Part shown: positions 1-9,381 of the stretch, piece by piece
Layout of the letters: every line of letters starts with the position of its first letter
How positions within the stretch are numbered: the stretch's first letter is position 1
NCBI GenBank assembly: GCA_015232565.1
Contig: JADFZK010000013.1
Location: forward strand, 1-61,791
DNA from: Candidatus Omnitrophota bacterium
GTDB lineage: Bacteria; Omnitrophota; Gorgyraeia; Zapsychrales; Fredricksoniimonadaceae
Length of the DNA: 61,791 nt
Direction of reading: 5' to 3'
Notes under the pieces: generated by a model
Seen by the model: the letters and a program-made list of their open reading frames with translations, nothing else
Told to the model about the DNA's origin: nothing
Databases searched by the model: none
Program-made: the position numbers and the translations under genes

Positions 1-41
1 CATTACTATAGCTGTAATGGTCCGGGGCGGAAGCCTTCTAG

Positions 42-3000
42 ATGATTATCAATCTTTCACCCTATGAGCACGAGCGTATTGTCCCGAAGGCTTTTGGGAT
101 CACGGAGATGGGCCGGGACCTTCTGGCGCAGGACTATATGCTTAAGCAGATCACCGCATCGGTGATCTATCCTGAAGGCGAGGTTGGCAAGGCGTTTTGG
201 TCCAAAGTTTATGCCGAGGCCCAGAAGCGTTACGGCACGACAGATATTCCGGTGGATACTTTTAACAAGGTTTGGATCGTGCCAGAGAAAGCTGTTATTT
301 ACGAAAGCCAGAATTCGGCTTATGTGGTGGAAACTCGCCTGAAAGTAATGCTGGAAACCGACTATTTAGCGACCTCGACCAAAGAAATGCCAACCAGCCC
401 TGGCCCCTTTAGGGGGGGACATGATGCCCCGCCAGCGGATCTCAACGAGCGGGGCTTCGTGTCCCCACGCCGGTTGCCAACCCCTCAACCAACGAATGTG
501 AAAGCAACCCAGGTCTCAACCCCAACGCCAAACGATCCAAACGATCCAAACATCATTGCCAGGAACGTCCTGCGTGAGATCGTTATCCCTGTTCTGGAGA
601 AAGAAGTCAATGAGGGCCAGAATTTTGCGCAGTTACGACAGATCTATCACTCTTTGGTCCTGGCGCTCTGGTTCAAGGCCAGGATCAAAGAAAGTATTCT
701 GGGCAAAGCCTATGTGGATTTAAAGAAGACCGGTGGGGTGGATATTGAGGACAAAGAGGCCAAGGATAAGATCTGGGCGCAGTACGTTGCGGTGTTTAAA
801 AAGGGCGCTTACAACTACATCAAGGAAGAGCTTGATCCGGTTACCCGGGAGGCGGTGCCGCGGAAGTATTTCTCCGGCGGGACAGACATGGGGCAAACCA
901 GCCGGGTGATGACCAAAGCTGATAACGGGCAATTGTTTTCTGGAATTTCAGGTAACGCCAAGGTGATCGTTGAATCCAGGTTTACACCTCTCAATGGTGA
1001 TAATGCTAAAGGACGAACGCGATCGCTATCTATGGACAGCTCGATGTTATTGGCCGGGCCGGAACAACTGCAAAAGATAGCCGAGGCCAGGAAGCTGATA
1101 AACTCTTTTCTCAAGGATTGGGAGCAATGGAAAGAAAAAGCGGGATTCGGTGCAGGAGCTTCCAGGGGTTTGGATCATCTAATAGGTGAACCTTGCACCC
1201 AGATCTTGGGTGGTCTTTGGGATCTGAAAAAAAGAAGAGCTTCAGTGGAATTATATGTGAATTTCCAGGTTGTTTCGCGAAATTTGGTTCAGATCTCGAG
1301 TAGTCTTTACGCCTTGAGCAATGATTATCTGCTTAGCAGTTTATTATCGGAGAAAGGTTTGGCCCGGCTTTTCATGGCAAATTTTCCATCAGTGGTTCCT
1401 GTGGATATGCGGGGACAATCTTATGTGGCCCGCACTATTGCTGATGAGGCCTTTAATGAGAATATGATCGCGCGCATCAGGGAATTTCGCGATACGTACG
1501 AACGTTTATTGCCGCAAGTTCGTAATTTGTTGAGTGACATAAAGCGTCAATTCCATTTTGTAAAGAGCGACTTGAGTATAACTGCCGAGAAGGCATTAAT
1601 AAAAGAATTGAGCCTGGTTGGTTCAAAGACGGACGGCAGGATCACCCGGGATATCACGGACCGGCTGAATGATATTTTTCGCGAGTCCCGCAATAATCGT
1701 CAGGGTCAGGGGTATGCTGCCAGCGTGCAGAGTTTGCACAAATATTTTGATTCGCTGACAGCGGATAATTCTCCTGACCATATTGAGTTGCGAAAATTAA
1801 TCTGGCTCTCGGCCGGGCTTGACAGCGTTATAGGGGATGCGTCTTTGGATGTGCTTGTGCACGGTGCGGATCGCGATTCGATATTGGCTTTGCTGGGTGA
1901 TTATGTGAAGGGGGGAGAGATTAATTCAGCCCGGGTGCGTCGAACTATGATCATGGGTGGCAATGATATCGAAGTGGATGCGGTGGACGAAATGCTTCCT
2001 GGAAGGGAAATCACCGTGATTAATTTTCAGGCTGACAGGCTTGAGCCGATTGCGGAAAGTATACAAAGAGGGCGGCTGACGTCCGCGATCCATTGGCTCG
2101 GCATGGATGGCACGCGCCTGGATCCGGTCATTTTTCCTGACGGATCGTATAATCTCTTTGTGATGAACGGTATTGAACTGTCGGCTTTCGTCGATACGGA
2201 CCAGGGCCACCGGAGCGTGGAGGCATTGATCGAGACCGGGATCCGTCTGCTTGCACCTGGTGGAGCGTTCTTTGAAGGCTCGTATGGGGTTAACGCCGAA
2301 CGTTATGTTCGCTGGATCAATGCCGGGTTTCTTGTTCACGATGAACTGCATCCGGGCCTTTACTTGCGGACACCAAAGCCCTTCCGCAAGAGCGAGTGGC
2401 TGTCAGAATGGAAGGATGACCCGCTTTTATTGACCTGGGACGAATTGGTGGCGGAGATCAAAAAGATCCCGCTGGTGTTCCAGGATTCGGAAACAAAGGC
2501 TATCATTGGTGTGGTGACGTTTGATCCAGTTGGAAAGACCGGGCATTTGCGGTGGGGGAAGGTCAGTAAGAGCTTACGCGAGGCAGAAGGGGTGACGCAC
2601 AGGACAATGGTCGATGCCACCCGGTCGTTTGGCGTGGATGCGCCCGGCAGAGCCGTGGACTGGGCTGTTTTCGAGTTTGCCTATGATGGTCAACACCGGC
2701 TTTACGGGATCGATGTCTATGCTCCCCTCCTGCGCGAGCGCGAGCATGTGTCGGATGGAGTATTGAAGCTTAAACGCCTTGTGAGGAAAGACCTTCCGAA
2801 GGATATGGATGCGGATCCGGAGTTAAAGCGATTGATGTTTCGAGACGGGGAATTGGCTCTCAAGTTGATCCGGGAGTTGTTGAGAAGCGCACCGGCCGAC
2901 AGTATCAGGGATCTTGAGGTTTCTACCGAGATCGCCGATGGCCGATATTTGAGCATGGTAACGTGGCCGGAATTGGCAAAAGCTTTCGGCTGGCCAGCTG

Positions 3001-3215
3001 ATGATGAGGCTCAGATCGCTGATCCCGCGCAGGAAGGTGGTGTTGATCTGACCCAAAGTTATGCGGGGCTGCGGGCCGTGAATGACGGCCAGGGAGTACG
3101 GTTTAAATTCGATCCAGCCATGATCCGGCAGGTCCAGGATTCGTCGGGCCTGAAGCCGGAGATCATTGGTATTCATCCGCTGACAACATCGGTACCGGAT
3201 TTTCTGGGAGTATAA
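42..3215 (+). CDS. Large modular protein: conserved-type N-terminal domain (NLSPYE...GRDLLAQDY...KYFSGG), variable middle with a degenerate class I SAM-methyltransferase-like fold, and a C-terminal GGVDL motif domain; probably 5'-truncated
   Basis: 1057-aa ORF. In-frame TAG at 39-41 directly before the ATG, no SD and no signal peptide. MTase-like segments MDGTRL..FPDGSYNL and RLLAPGG. Architecture resembles large proteins I recall from Omnitrophota; not database-verified. Confidence 0.6.
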   Translation: MIINLSPYEHERIVPKAFGITEMGRDLLAQDYMLKQITASVIYPEGEVGKAFWSKVYAEAQKRYGTTDIPVDTFNKVWIVPEKAVIYESQNSAYVVETRLKVMLETDYLATSTKEMPTSPGPFRGGHDAPPADLNERGFVSPRRLPTPQPTNVKATQVSTPTPNDPNDPNIIARNVLREIVIPVLEKEVNEGQNFAQLRQIYHSLVLALWFKARIKESILGKAYVDLKKTGGVDIEDKEAKDKIWAQYVAVFKKGAYNYIKEELDPVTREAVPRKYFSGGTDMGQTSRVMTKADNGQLFSGISGNAKVIVESRFTPLNGDNAKGRTRSLSMDSSMLLAGPEQLQKIAEARKLINSFLKDWEQWKEKAGFGAGASRGLDHLIGEPCTQILGGLWDLKKRRASVELYVNFQVVSRNLVQISSSLYALSNDYLLSSLLSEKGLARLFMANFPSVVPVDMRGQSYVARTIADEAFNENMIARIREFRDTYERLLPQVRNLLSDIKRQFHFVKSDLSITAEKALIKELSLVGSKTDGRITRDITDRLNDIFRESRNNRQGQGYAASVQSLHKYFDSLTADNSPDHIELRKLIWLSAGLDSVIGDASLDVLVHGADRDSILALLGDYVKGGEINSARVRRTMIMGGNDIEVDAVDEMLPGREITVINFQADRLEPIAESIQRGRLTSAIHWLGMDGTRLDPVIFPDGSYNLFVMNGIELSAFVDTDQGHRSVEALIETGIRLLAPGGAFFEGSYGVNAERYVRWINAGFLVHDELHPGLYLRTPKPFRKSEWLSEWKDDPLLLTWDELVAEIKKIPLVFQDSETKAIIGVVTFDPVGKTGHLRWGKVSKSLREAEGVTHRTMVDATRSFGVDAPGRAVDWAVFEFAYDGQHRLYGIDVYAPLLREREHVSDGVLKLKRLVRKDLPKDMDADPELKRLMFRDGELALKLIRELLRSAPADSIRDLEVSTEIADGRYLSMVTWPELAKAFGWPADDEAQIADPAQEGGVDLTQSYAGLRAVNDGQGVRFKFDPAMIRQVQDSSGLKPEIIGIHPLTTSVPDFLGV
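388..482. repeat. In-frame REP-like palindromic insertion bounded by an 8-bp direct repeat
   Basis: TGCCAACC at 388-395 and 475-482, offset 87 bp (29 codons). Internal hairpin GGGGACATGATGCCCCGC (415-432) / GCGGGGCTTCGTGTCCCC (449-466). Confidence 0.65.
528..551 (+). repeat. 9-bp tandem repeat (CCAAACGAT, about 2.7 copies) encoding PNDPNDPN
   Basis: Read directly from the sequence. Confidence 0.85.
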
Positions 3216-3467
3216 AGCTGTGAATGGTTTTAATGAGGCTGTGAACAAACACCGACGACGTAGGTGCGGCGCATGGAATGGCTTAACTGGTCAGGATCAA
3301 CCGGCGTGCGGCTGATTTAATTTGTCTGGTTTTGGCGGATCATAGTGGCGGTATACGTAACGATTTTATTTTACATTCCGAAGTTTTTAATGTATTCTTT
3401 TTTGAGATTGGTTAAATAAATTGCACAAACAGGCAAAGTCAACTGCCAACACAGAAAGGATTTATCG

Positions 3468-3989
3468 ATGAGAAAAGTTTTTGGGGTATCGGTAATGGTT
3501 GTGGGTTTTCTAACGGTTGCAGGTTCAACTCTTTTGCATGCCCAGGCTCCGGTTGATGCGGCGGCTCCGGCGGCAGTTACGGCTCCGGTTGCGGTTAATG
3601 AACCGGCGGCGGGCGCTCCGGCGGCGGCAATGGAAGAAGATAAGTTCTCTTTTGGTAAAGTGATCTCGGTGGTCGACGGTGTGGTGACGGTGAAAGAATA
3701 TGATTTCACCAAGGACGCCGATGTGGAAACCGTTTACACGGTAACTGCCGAGACCGAGCTGGGTAATGTGAACGCGGTGGCCGATCTTAAGGCCGGTGAT
3801 GATATCGTTATCGATTATCTTGAGAAGGATGGCAAGCGGGTCGTTACGACATTGGTTAAGGAAGAAAAAAGCACCGAGGTTATGAATGGTGAAGGTGATG
3901 CGGCGGCTAATGCTACCGCGCCTGCGGTTAATGATGCAGTTCCTGCTCCTGAGGCAGTCATGAATGAGGCGGCACCCGTTCAGCCCTAA
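3468..3989 (+). CDS. Exported protein with a small beta-barrel/OB-like domain and Ala/Pro-rich flanks
   Basis: SD AAAGGA, signal peptide (..LLHA-QA), GKV..V.DG..TV and LKAGDDIVIDY patterns. Confidence 0.7.
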   Translation: MRKVFGVSVMVVGFLTVAGSTLLHAQAPVDAAAPAAVTAPVAVNEPAAGAPAAAMEEDKFSFGKVISVVDGVVTVKEYDFTKDADVETVYTVTAETELGNVNAVADLKAGDDIVIDYLEKDGKRVVTTLVKEEKSTEVMNGEGDAAANATAPAVNDAVPAPEAVMNEAAPVQP

Positions 3990-4000
3990 GAGGTTTGCTT

Positions 4001-4243
4001 ATGGAAAAAGGGAAAGTGAAGTGGTTCGATCGCAAGAAGGGTTTTGGTTTTATTACCACGCCTGAAGGAAAAGATATTTACGTGCATTACAGTGGTATTC
4101 AGGCTGAAGGTTTTAAATATCTGGTGGACGGAGAAGAAGTCGAGTTCGAGGCCCAGGAAGATGACCGTGGCCAGAAGGCGGTAAATGTAGTCCGGTTGGA
4201 TCCGCCGCCCGAGAAACCGCGCAGGGAGCGCCTCGAGCCTTGA
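4001..4243 (+). CDS. csp: Cold-shock domain protein
   Basis: GKVKWF, KGFGFI (RNP1), IYVHYS (RNP2); SD GAGG before ATG 4001. Confidence 0.95.
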   Translation: MEKGKVKWFDRKKGFGFITTPEGKDIYVHYSGIQAEGFKYLVDGEEVEFEAQEDDRGQKAVNVVRLDPPPEKPRRERLEP

Positions 4244-4275
4244 AGTGTCCGTTGGGAACAGTTTATTAATATGAC

Positions 4276-4322
4276 ATCCCCGACTTTGCTCTTTGCTGGC
4301 AGTAAAGTCGGGGATTTTTTTT
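4276..4322 (+). terminator. Intrinsic terminator between csp and mntP
   Basis: Perfect 12-bp stem ATCCCCGACTTT / AAAGTCGGGGAT ending in a T8 tract. Confidence 0.85.
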
Positions 4323-4332
4323 GGATCGAAAT

Positions 4333-4896
4333 ATGAGCCTGGTAGTTATCTTTATGACCGCTGTGGGATTGGCAATGGATGCTTTTGCCGTGGCGCTGGC
4401 CAGCGGCTCTGCGGTGGCCGGGTCGCGTTGGCGCCATGCCTTGCGCCTGGGCGGGGCTTTTGGCCTGGCGCAAATGTTGATGCCGTTAATAGGCTGGTTC
4501 CTGGGATTTAAGCTTAAGTCGGTCATAACCTCGTTTGACCATTGGATCGCTTTCGGCCTTTTGGTCTTTATCGGGGTTAAGATGTTGCGCGAATCGTTCA
4601 GCGCTGACGATTGCGTTCGCAGTCCGGAGCCGCTTACTGCGCGCCGGTTGTTGGTGCTTGCGGTGGCTACTTCTATTGATGCGCTGGCTGTCGGCGTGAC
4701 CTTTGCTTTTTTGGATTGTCCGGTGGTGCAGGCTTCTGTTATCATTGGGGTGGTGACTTTTGTTATTGCCGGGGCGGGTGCGTTGATCGGGGCTTTTTGT
4801 TGTTGCTTGTGGGGCCGCCAAGCTGAGCGGCTGGGCGGTATCATTTTGATACTCATCGGAGCCAAGATACTGGTAGAACATTTATGGACCATATAG
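4333..4896 (+). CDS. mntP: Manganese efflux pump MntP family
   Basis: LAMDAFAV and ATSIDALAVG repeats, DHWIAF, six hydrophobic segments. Confidence 0.92.
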   Translation: MSLVVIFMTAVGLAMDAFAVALASGSAVAGSRWRHALRLGGAFGLAQMLMPLIGWFLGFKLKSVITSFDHWIAFGLLVFIGVKMLRESFSADDCVRSPEPLTARRLLVLAVATSIDALAVGVTFAFLDCPVVQASVIIGVVTFVIAGAGALIGAFCCCLWGRQAERLGGIILILIGAKILVEHLWTI

Positions 4897-5225
4897 ATCG
4901 CATGGCGGTAGTGGTTTTCTTTCGCGAACCCTTCGTGGATTGGCTTAACAGCGTAGACCCGGATAAGCCGGTATGGATGGGGTCTTTGACCGAGCGCGGC
5001 AATGTTTATCTGATCCCTGAATTTGAGGATATAGATGAGGCCGAAGAACATGTGGAAGAGATATTCGACGAGATATTCGTAAACGAGTTGTCGGAGTGGC
5101 ATACTGACCAGTCGCTGTGGCCGGCGGAACGCACTTACGATATGTTCCTGGAATGGTTCGATGTGCTTTATGACGTGGCGGTTTTTGACACCATCGGTGA
5201 AACCGATGACGATACCCAGAATTGA
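4884..5225 (+). CDS. Small acidic conserved hypothetical protein
   Basis: PFVDWLN...VYLIPE...IF.NEL..W...WP..R...F.EWF pattern; overlaps the mntP end. Confidence 0.75.
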   Translation: MDHIDRMAVVVFFREPFVDWLNSVDPDKPVWMGSLTERGNVYLIPEFEDIDEAEEHVEEIFDEIFVNELSEWHTDQSLWPAERTYDMFLEWFDVLYDVAVFDTIGETDDDTQN

Positions 5226-5238
5226 ATGCTCTGGTGGA

Positions 5239-5934
5239 TCATTTTAAGTATTCCTGCCTCTTTCTCTCTGCAAAACGCTCAATGGCATAACGCAACATGG
5301 TCCGCGGCATCTTTTGGTAACGGGGGCGCAGGTAATCTTCCAGTGCGTGCTGGTTGCGCTTGCCGGCTTCGCGTAACATCCAGCCGGTCGCTTTATGTAT
5401 AAGGTCTTCCCGGTCAGTCAGCAGTTTGTCCGCCAGGTTGAAAGTTTCGGCTAATTGTCCCCGGCGGATGAAAGCCAGGGTGCTTACGATTGCAATGCGC
5501 CTTTCCCAAAGCATAGTTGACCGGGCGAGTCGGCCCAGAATTTTCCGACTGCGGTCGACTAAATGCTCTCCTAACAGTTTTGGTGCCGACAGGTCTACCA
5601 GGTCCCAGTTGTTTATTCGGGCGGTATTGTCCAAATACAGGCTGATTATCTTTTCCTGATCATGAAGGTCGCTGTTTTTGTATTGCATTATTAGGATCAA
5701 CAGTGCGAGCAGGCGTTCTTCATGAACCGGGGAATGCAGTAATTTGCGGGCCTCGGTTAGGGGCAGAGTGCTGAAAGCTTTGGCGGTTAAACGGGTATGC
5801 GGGACTGTTACGCCTATGAAGATATCTCCCTCGCCATATTGGCCGGGCCCGGTTTTAAAGAATGAGCGCAGAATTTGGGCTTTTTCTGGTGAGGCATAGC
5901 CATGCAAAGCGGTGGTTGCCAGGATAGCGGTCAT
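5239..5934 (-). CDS. alkD: DNA alkylation repair glycosylase, AlkD-like
   Basis: FFKTGPGQYGEGD, NNWDLVD, IHKATGWMLRE, MPRTMLRYAIE; SD GGAG supports the 5934 start. Confidence 0.9.
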   Translation of the reverse strand: MTAILATTALHGYASPEKAQILRSFFKTGPGQYGEGDIFIGVTVPHTRLTAKAFSTLPLTEARKLLHSPVHEERLLALLILIMQYKNSDLHDQEKIISLYLDNTARINNWDLVDLSAPKLLGEHLVDRSRKILGRLARSTMLWERRIAIVSTLAFIRRGQLAETFNLADKLLTDREDLIHKATGWMLREAGKRNQHALEDYLRPRYQKMPRTMLRYAIERFAERKRQEYLK

Positions 5935-6010
5935 AAAGTCGTTCTCCAGAAATAGCGGATTCAGGTTGCTTGAGAGTTCTTTGTAAACTATTATATTCGA
6001 TGCTAATGCT

Positions 6011-6862
6011 ATGAACAATAAAGCCGCTGTTTTTTTTGTTTTCATGCTTTTTTCGTCGGCGCGTTTTTTATACGCCGCGGATACGCTTGTCCAGCAGGAT
6101 GAGGCATATTTCCGCCTGGATGAATTGAAGAAAGCTTATGCCGAGATCTCGGGTAAAGATGCGGAGATCGGCCGTGTGATACTCGAGAAGGCGGGCATAA
6201 AGGAGGAGCTGGATAAGGTTAGCAGTGAGAATAAAACCCTTTTGGACCGGCTCTCGTCTTTACACCGCGGGATACTTGAACGGGAGCGTAATGAGCCGCA
6301 AAGGCTGGAACAGTTATCCGCGCCTTTGCGTGCCCGGATCGATGAGCTCAGTCAGCAATTACAGATGCAAAAGCTGGTGATCGACCAGAAGAATCTCAGG
6401 ATCGACGAATTAACTGCGGCCCATAAGTCTTCCTTGAAAGAACTTGAACAGGTTTCCGGCGAAAAACTGGTTATCCGCACCGAATTGCAAAAGCTTTCGG
6501 ATCAGCTGGATGGCGCCCGGACTTTATTTGAGAACAAATCGACGGATGAACGGGCGGGCTTCGAGGCCAAGATCAAGGATCTGCAGTCGCGTTTGTCGGC
6601 CGAGCAGACTCTCACAAAAGAAAAGATCCGGCAGGCCGAAAAGCCTTTATTGGACAAGCTGGCGGCTCTGGAGCCTTGTCCGGCGCAATTAAAGGTAAAA
6701 GAGGCCCAACTGGCGGTTTTGAGCACGGAAAAGAGCGAGCAGTCGGTGCGCGCGCTTTCATTTGAAAGCAAAAATGCCGAGTTGCTGGCGCAGATAAACG
6801 AGTTAAAACAAAGCCTGGAAGCGTTAAAGCGTAATGCAAAGGGCTTACCGCTCAAGCCATAA
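6011..6862 (+). CDS. Exported coiled-coil protein
   Basis: N-terminal signal peptide, then heptad-rich E/K/L/Q sequence. Confidence 0.7.
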   Translation: MNNKAAVFFVFMLFSSARFLYAADTLVQQDEAYFRLDELKKAYAEISGKDAEIGRVILEKAGIKEELDKVSSENKTLLDRLSSLHRGILERERNEPQRLEQLSAPLRARIDELSQQLQMQKLVIDQKNLRIDELTAAHKSSLKELEQVSGEKLVIRTELQKLSDQLDGARTLFENKSTDERAGFEAKIKDLQSRLSAEQTLTKEKIRQAEKPLLDKLAALEPCPAQLKVKEAQLAVLSTEKSEQSVRALSFESKNAELLAQINELKQSLEALKRNAKGLPLKP

Positions 6863-6882
6863 GGCGCGGTGAACGTTCATAC

Positions 6883-8394
6883 ATGGGGTGGATGATGGAA
6901 GACAAGACAAGCAGGTTGTTCTGGTTCTGGCTGGGTGGTCTGGCATTATTGGGTGGTGTGATGGTGTATTTGATGTCGTCGGTTTTGGGCTTGGGTATGA
7001 ATGCCGAGGCGGTGACATATACCCAGGCGGCCCGGCATTTTCTTTTGGCCAAAGGGATGTCTGTTTTTAACCATGCCGGAGAGTTGGCTCCGCTGGACGG
7101 CTATCCGCCGGTTTTCCCTGCCCTGCTTGCGGCGGCCTGGTTTATTGGTTTAAGCTTTGCCGAATGGGCCCGTCTTTTAAATTCGGTGTTTTTTGGCGGC
7201 AGTATTTTCCTGGCTGGCTCGATTGTTTATTACGTGAGAGGCTCGCGCTTTGCTGCCCTGGTTACCGCCGGGATCTTTATGGCTTCTGTTCACATTCTTA
7301 AAGCGCACGGCTTGTTGGTGGCCGAACCGTTGTTCATATTTCTGGTACTGGCTGGTTTCAGGGGTTTGCTGGTGTTTGTTAATACCGGCAGTCGAAGTGC
7401 GCTTTATATGGCAGCTTTATTGGCGGCAGCTTCGGTGTTGACGTCCTATTACGGGGCGGCGTTTGCGCTGGCCGGTTTTTATTGGTTATTGCGTCAAGGC
7501 AGGGCCGAGGGGAAGGCGCGGGACGCGTTTCTTTTCTTGCTGGCCGTCAGCGTTCTTCCGGCTGTGTGGTTTGTGCGCAATGCAGTTTTGACCGGGAATA
7601 TCCTAGGCATTTCTTCGGGCGCTGTTCCCGAAGGTGTCGCCAGCCGGTTGCTGGCGGTGGTGAGCGCGGTGTCCGGCTGGTTATTGCCGGCCAAAGTTCC
7701 GGTATTATTGCATTTGACGGTGCTGGCAGTGGTTTTGGCATTGCTGGTTATCTGGCTTAAAAATAATTGTCAGAGCTTTGGCGCTGAAGTAAAACGGGCA
7801 CTGTCTTTGGCGGTTATCTTTCTGGTGCTTTTCTTCCTGGCGGCTTTATCCGGTATTGTTCCCGGGCAGATCTTGTTTGCGGATCATATGAAGCTGGTGG
7901 CTTTGTACGCTATGTTCGCGTTGATTTTCGGGTTACTGGTTCCGGTGGCCTGCGAGTTCAAGACAGCATATTGCAAAGTGGCCGTGGGTTTGGTGGTTGG
8001 TTTCTTCGGCTTGGCTTGCGCTCGTGCGGTCAATCTGGCGCTGATACTGAATAAAGAAGGTGACGGGTATTCTTCCAAAGCTACCGGCGCGTCAAAATTA
8101 ACCGAAACACTGCGCTCTATTGACGACCGGGTTCCTTTGTATTCAAATGATCCGCAGGCAGTTTATTATTTTGCTGGTCGTCCGGCGATCATGGTGCCTG
8201 GTGGAGCCGGGAACGGAGCTTTGGTAAGCCAAGTTATGTCTGCTGATTTTAATTCGCGCCGGGCGGTGGCGGTGATCTTTAACCAGGCGCCTGGTTTTTC
8301 TGTTAAGGTGTGGGAACAGTCAGCGGCCACGCTGGGCCTGGTGCCTTTACTGAAGGATAAGGACGGAGTTATCCTGGGCCTGAAGAAGAAATAA
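6883..8394 (+). CDS. GT-C fold (ArnT/PMT-like) integral membrane glycosyltransferase
   Basis: Many TM segments; YPP.FP and EPLFIFL motifs; soluble C-terminal tail. Confidence 0.6.
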   Translation: MGWMMEDKTSRLFWFWLGGLALLGGVMVYLMSSVLGLGMNAEAVTYTQAARHFLLAKGMSVFNHAGELAPLDGYPPVFPALLAAAWFIGLSFAEWARLLNSVFFGGSIFLAGSIVYYVRGSRFAALVTAGIFMASVHILKAHGLLVAEPLFIFLVLAGFRGLLVFVNTGSRSALYMAALLAAASVLTSYYGAAFALAGFYWLLRQGRAEGKARDAFLFLLAVSVLPAVWFVRNAVLTGNILGISSGAVPEGVASRLLAVVSAVSGWLLPAKVPVLLHLTVLAVVLALLVIWLKNNCQSFGAEVKRALSLAVIFLVLFFLAALSGIVPGQILFADHMKLVALYAMFALIFGLLVPVACEFKTAYCKVAVGLVVGFFGLACARAVNLALILNKEGDGYSSKATGASKLTETLRSIDDRVPLYSNDPQAVYYFAGRPAIMVPGGAGNGALVSQVMSADFNSRRAVAVIFNQAPGFSVKVWEQSAATLGLVPLLKDKDGVILGLKKK

Positions 8395-8491
8395 CCGGCC
8401 GGGTGACGTAAGATTTGAGTTTACTGGAGCGGTTTGAAGATGTATAGTTTGTATTTCGACAAGGGTTGATATTTAGAAATCAGGAGATCTT

Positions 8492-8794
8492 ATGATCAAA
8501 CACATTGTTTTATGGCAGTTAAAAGAAACCGCTCACGGAAAGAGCAAGCTCGAGAACGCCAAGATAATTAAGGACATGCTGGAGTCTTTGCAGGGCAAGA
8601 TCCCGGGGTTGCTTAAGATCGAGGCCGGGATTGATTTCAGCGGCACTGAACAATCTGCAGATGTGGTCTTGTATTCGGAGTTTTCCACGCGCGACGCTTT
8701 GGAGGAGTATCAGACCCATCCCGAGCATGAAGCGGTCAAGATCTACCTTATGGGCGCCCGCAGTGAGCGCCGTATCGCGGATTACGAAGTTTAA
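8492..8794 (+). CDS. Dabb-family (stress-responsive A/B barrel) protein
   Basis: MIKHIVLWQLK, IPGL, YQTHPEH; SD AGGAG. Confidence 0.9.
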   Translation: MIKHIVLWQLKETAHGKSKLENAKIIKDMLESLQGKIPGLLKIEAGIDFSGTEQSADVVLYSEFSTRDALEEYQTHPEHEAVKIYLMGARSERRIADYEV

Positions 8795-8886
8795 CCCGAA
8801 CGGATTAACCGCACGTTTTTTAGCAGGCAGTGATGTTTAAGAGGTCGGTTGGCAAACTTTCATTAATAATTTTACCGGGAGGGTGC

Positions 8887-9381
8887 ATGAACAAGGTATT
8901 CGGATTATTTCTGGCGGCAGGGTTTTGTTTAACAACGGGTTTTGTGCATGCCGAGGATGTGGTGGTGGCCGCCGGTAAGAAAATAACATTTGATTATACT
9001 TTGACTGTCGACAAGGAAGTGGTGGAGACCAGTCAGGGCAAGAAGCCTTTGGAATACAATCCCGGCCGTGGTGAGTTGATCCCCGGTTTGGAAAAACAAA
9101 TGCTGGGTATGAAGGTAGGGGCAAGCAAGGTGGTAGTGGTTAAGCCGGAAGATGGTTATGGTTTGGTGCGCCAGGACGCTTTCCGCGATTTTGACCGGGC
9201 TAAAATGCCCAAAGATGTGGAGCCCAAGGTGGGCATGGTCCTGGAGATGCAGGACGATAAAGGTACGGCTTTTCCCGCGGTGGTTGCCGAAGTGAACGAA
9301 AAGACCGTTAAGCTTAATTTCAATCATCCGCTGGCCGGCAAAGAGCTTAAGTTTGATGTGAAGGTGGTAGCGATCGAATGA
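8887..9381 (+). CDS. FKBP-type peptidyl-prolyl isomerase (SlyD/SlpA-like with IF domain) carrying a signal peptide
   Basis: LIPGLEK, PEDGYG, NFNHPLAGKEL.F.V; SD GGAGG; MNKVFGLFLAAGFCLTTGFVHA signal peptide. Confidence 0.88.
   Translation: MNKVFGLFLAAGFCLTTGFVHAEDVVVAAGKKITFDYTLTVDKEVVETSQGKKPLEYNPGRGELIPGLEKQMLGMKVGASKVVVVKPEDGYGLVRQDAFRDFDRAKMPKDVEPKVGMVLEMQDDKGTAFPAVVAEVNEKTVKLNFNHPLAGKELKFDVKVVAIE

Noticed and set aside
4244-4333. Expected yybP-ykoY manganese riboswitch before mntP
   Set aside because: The GGGGAGTAG and CAATAC-type consensus elements are absent; only a terminator is visible.
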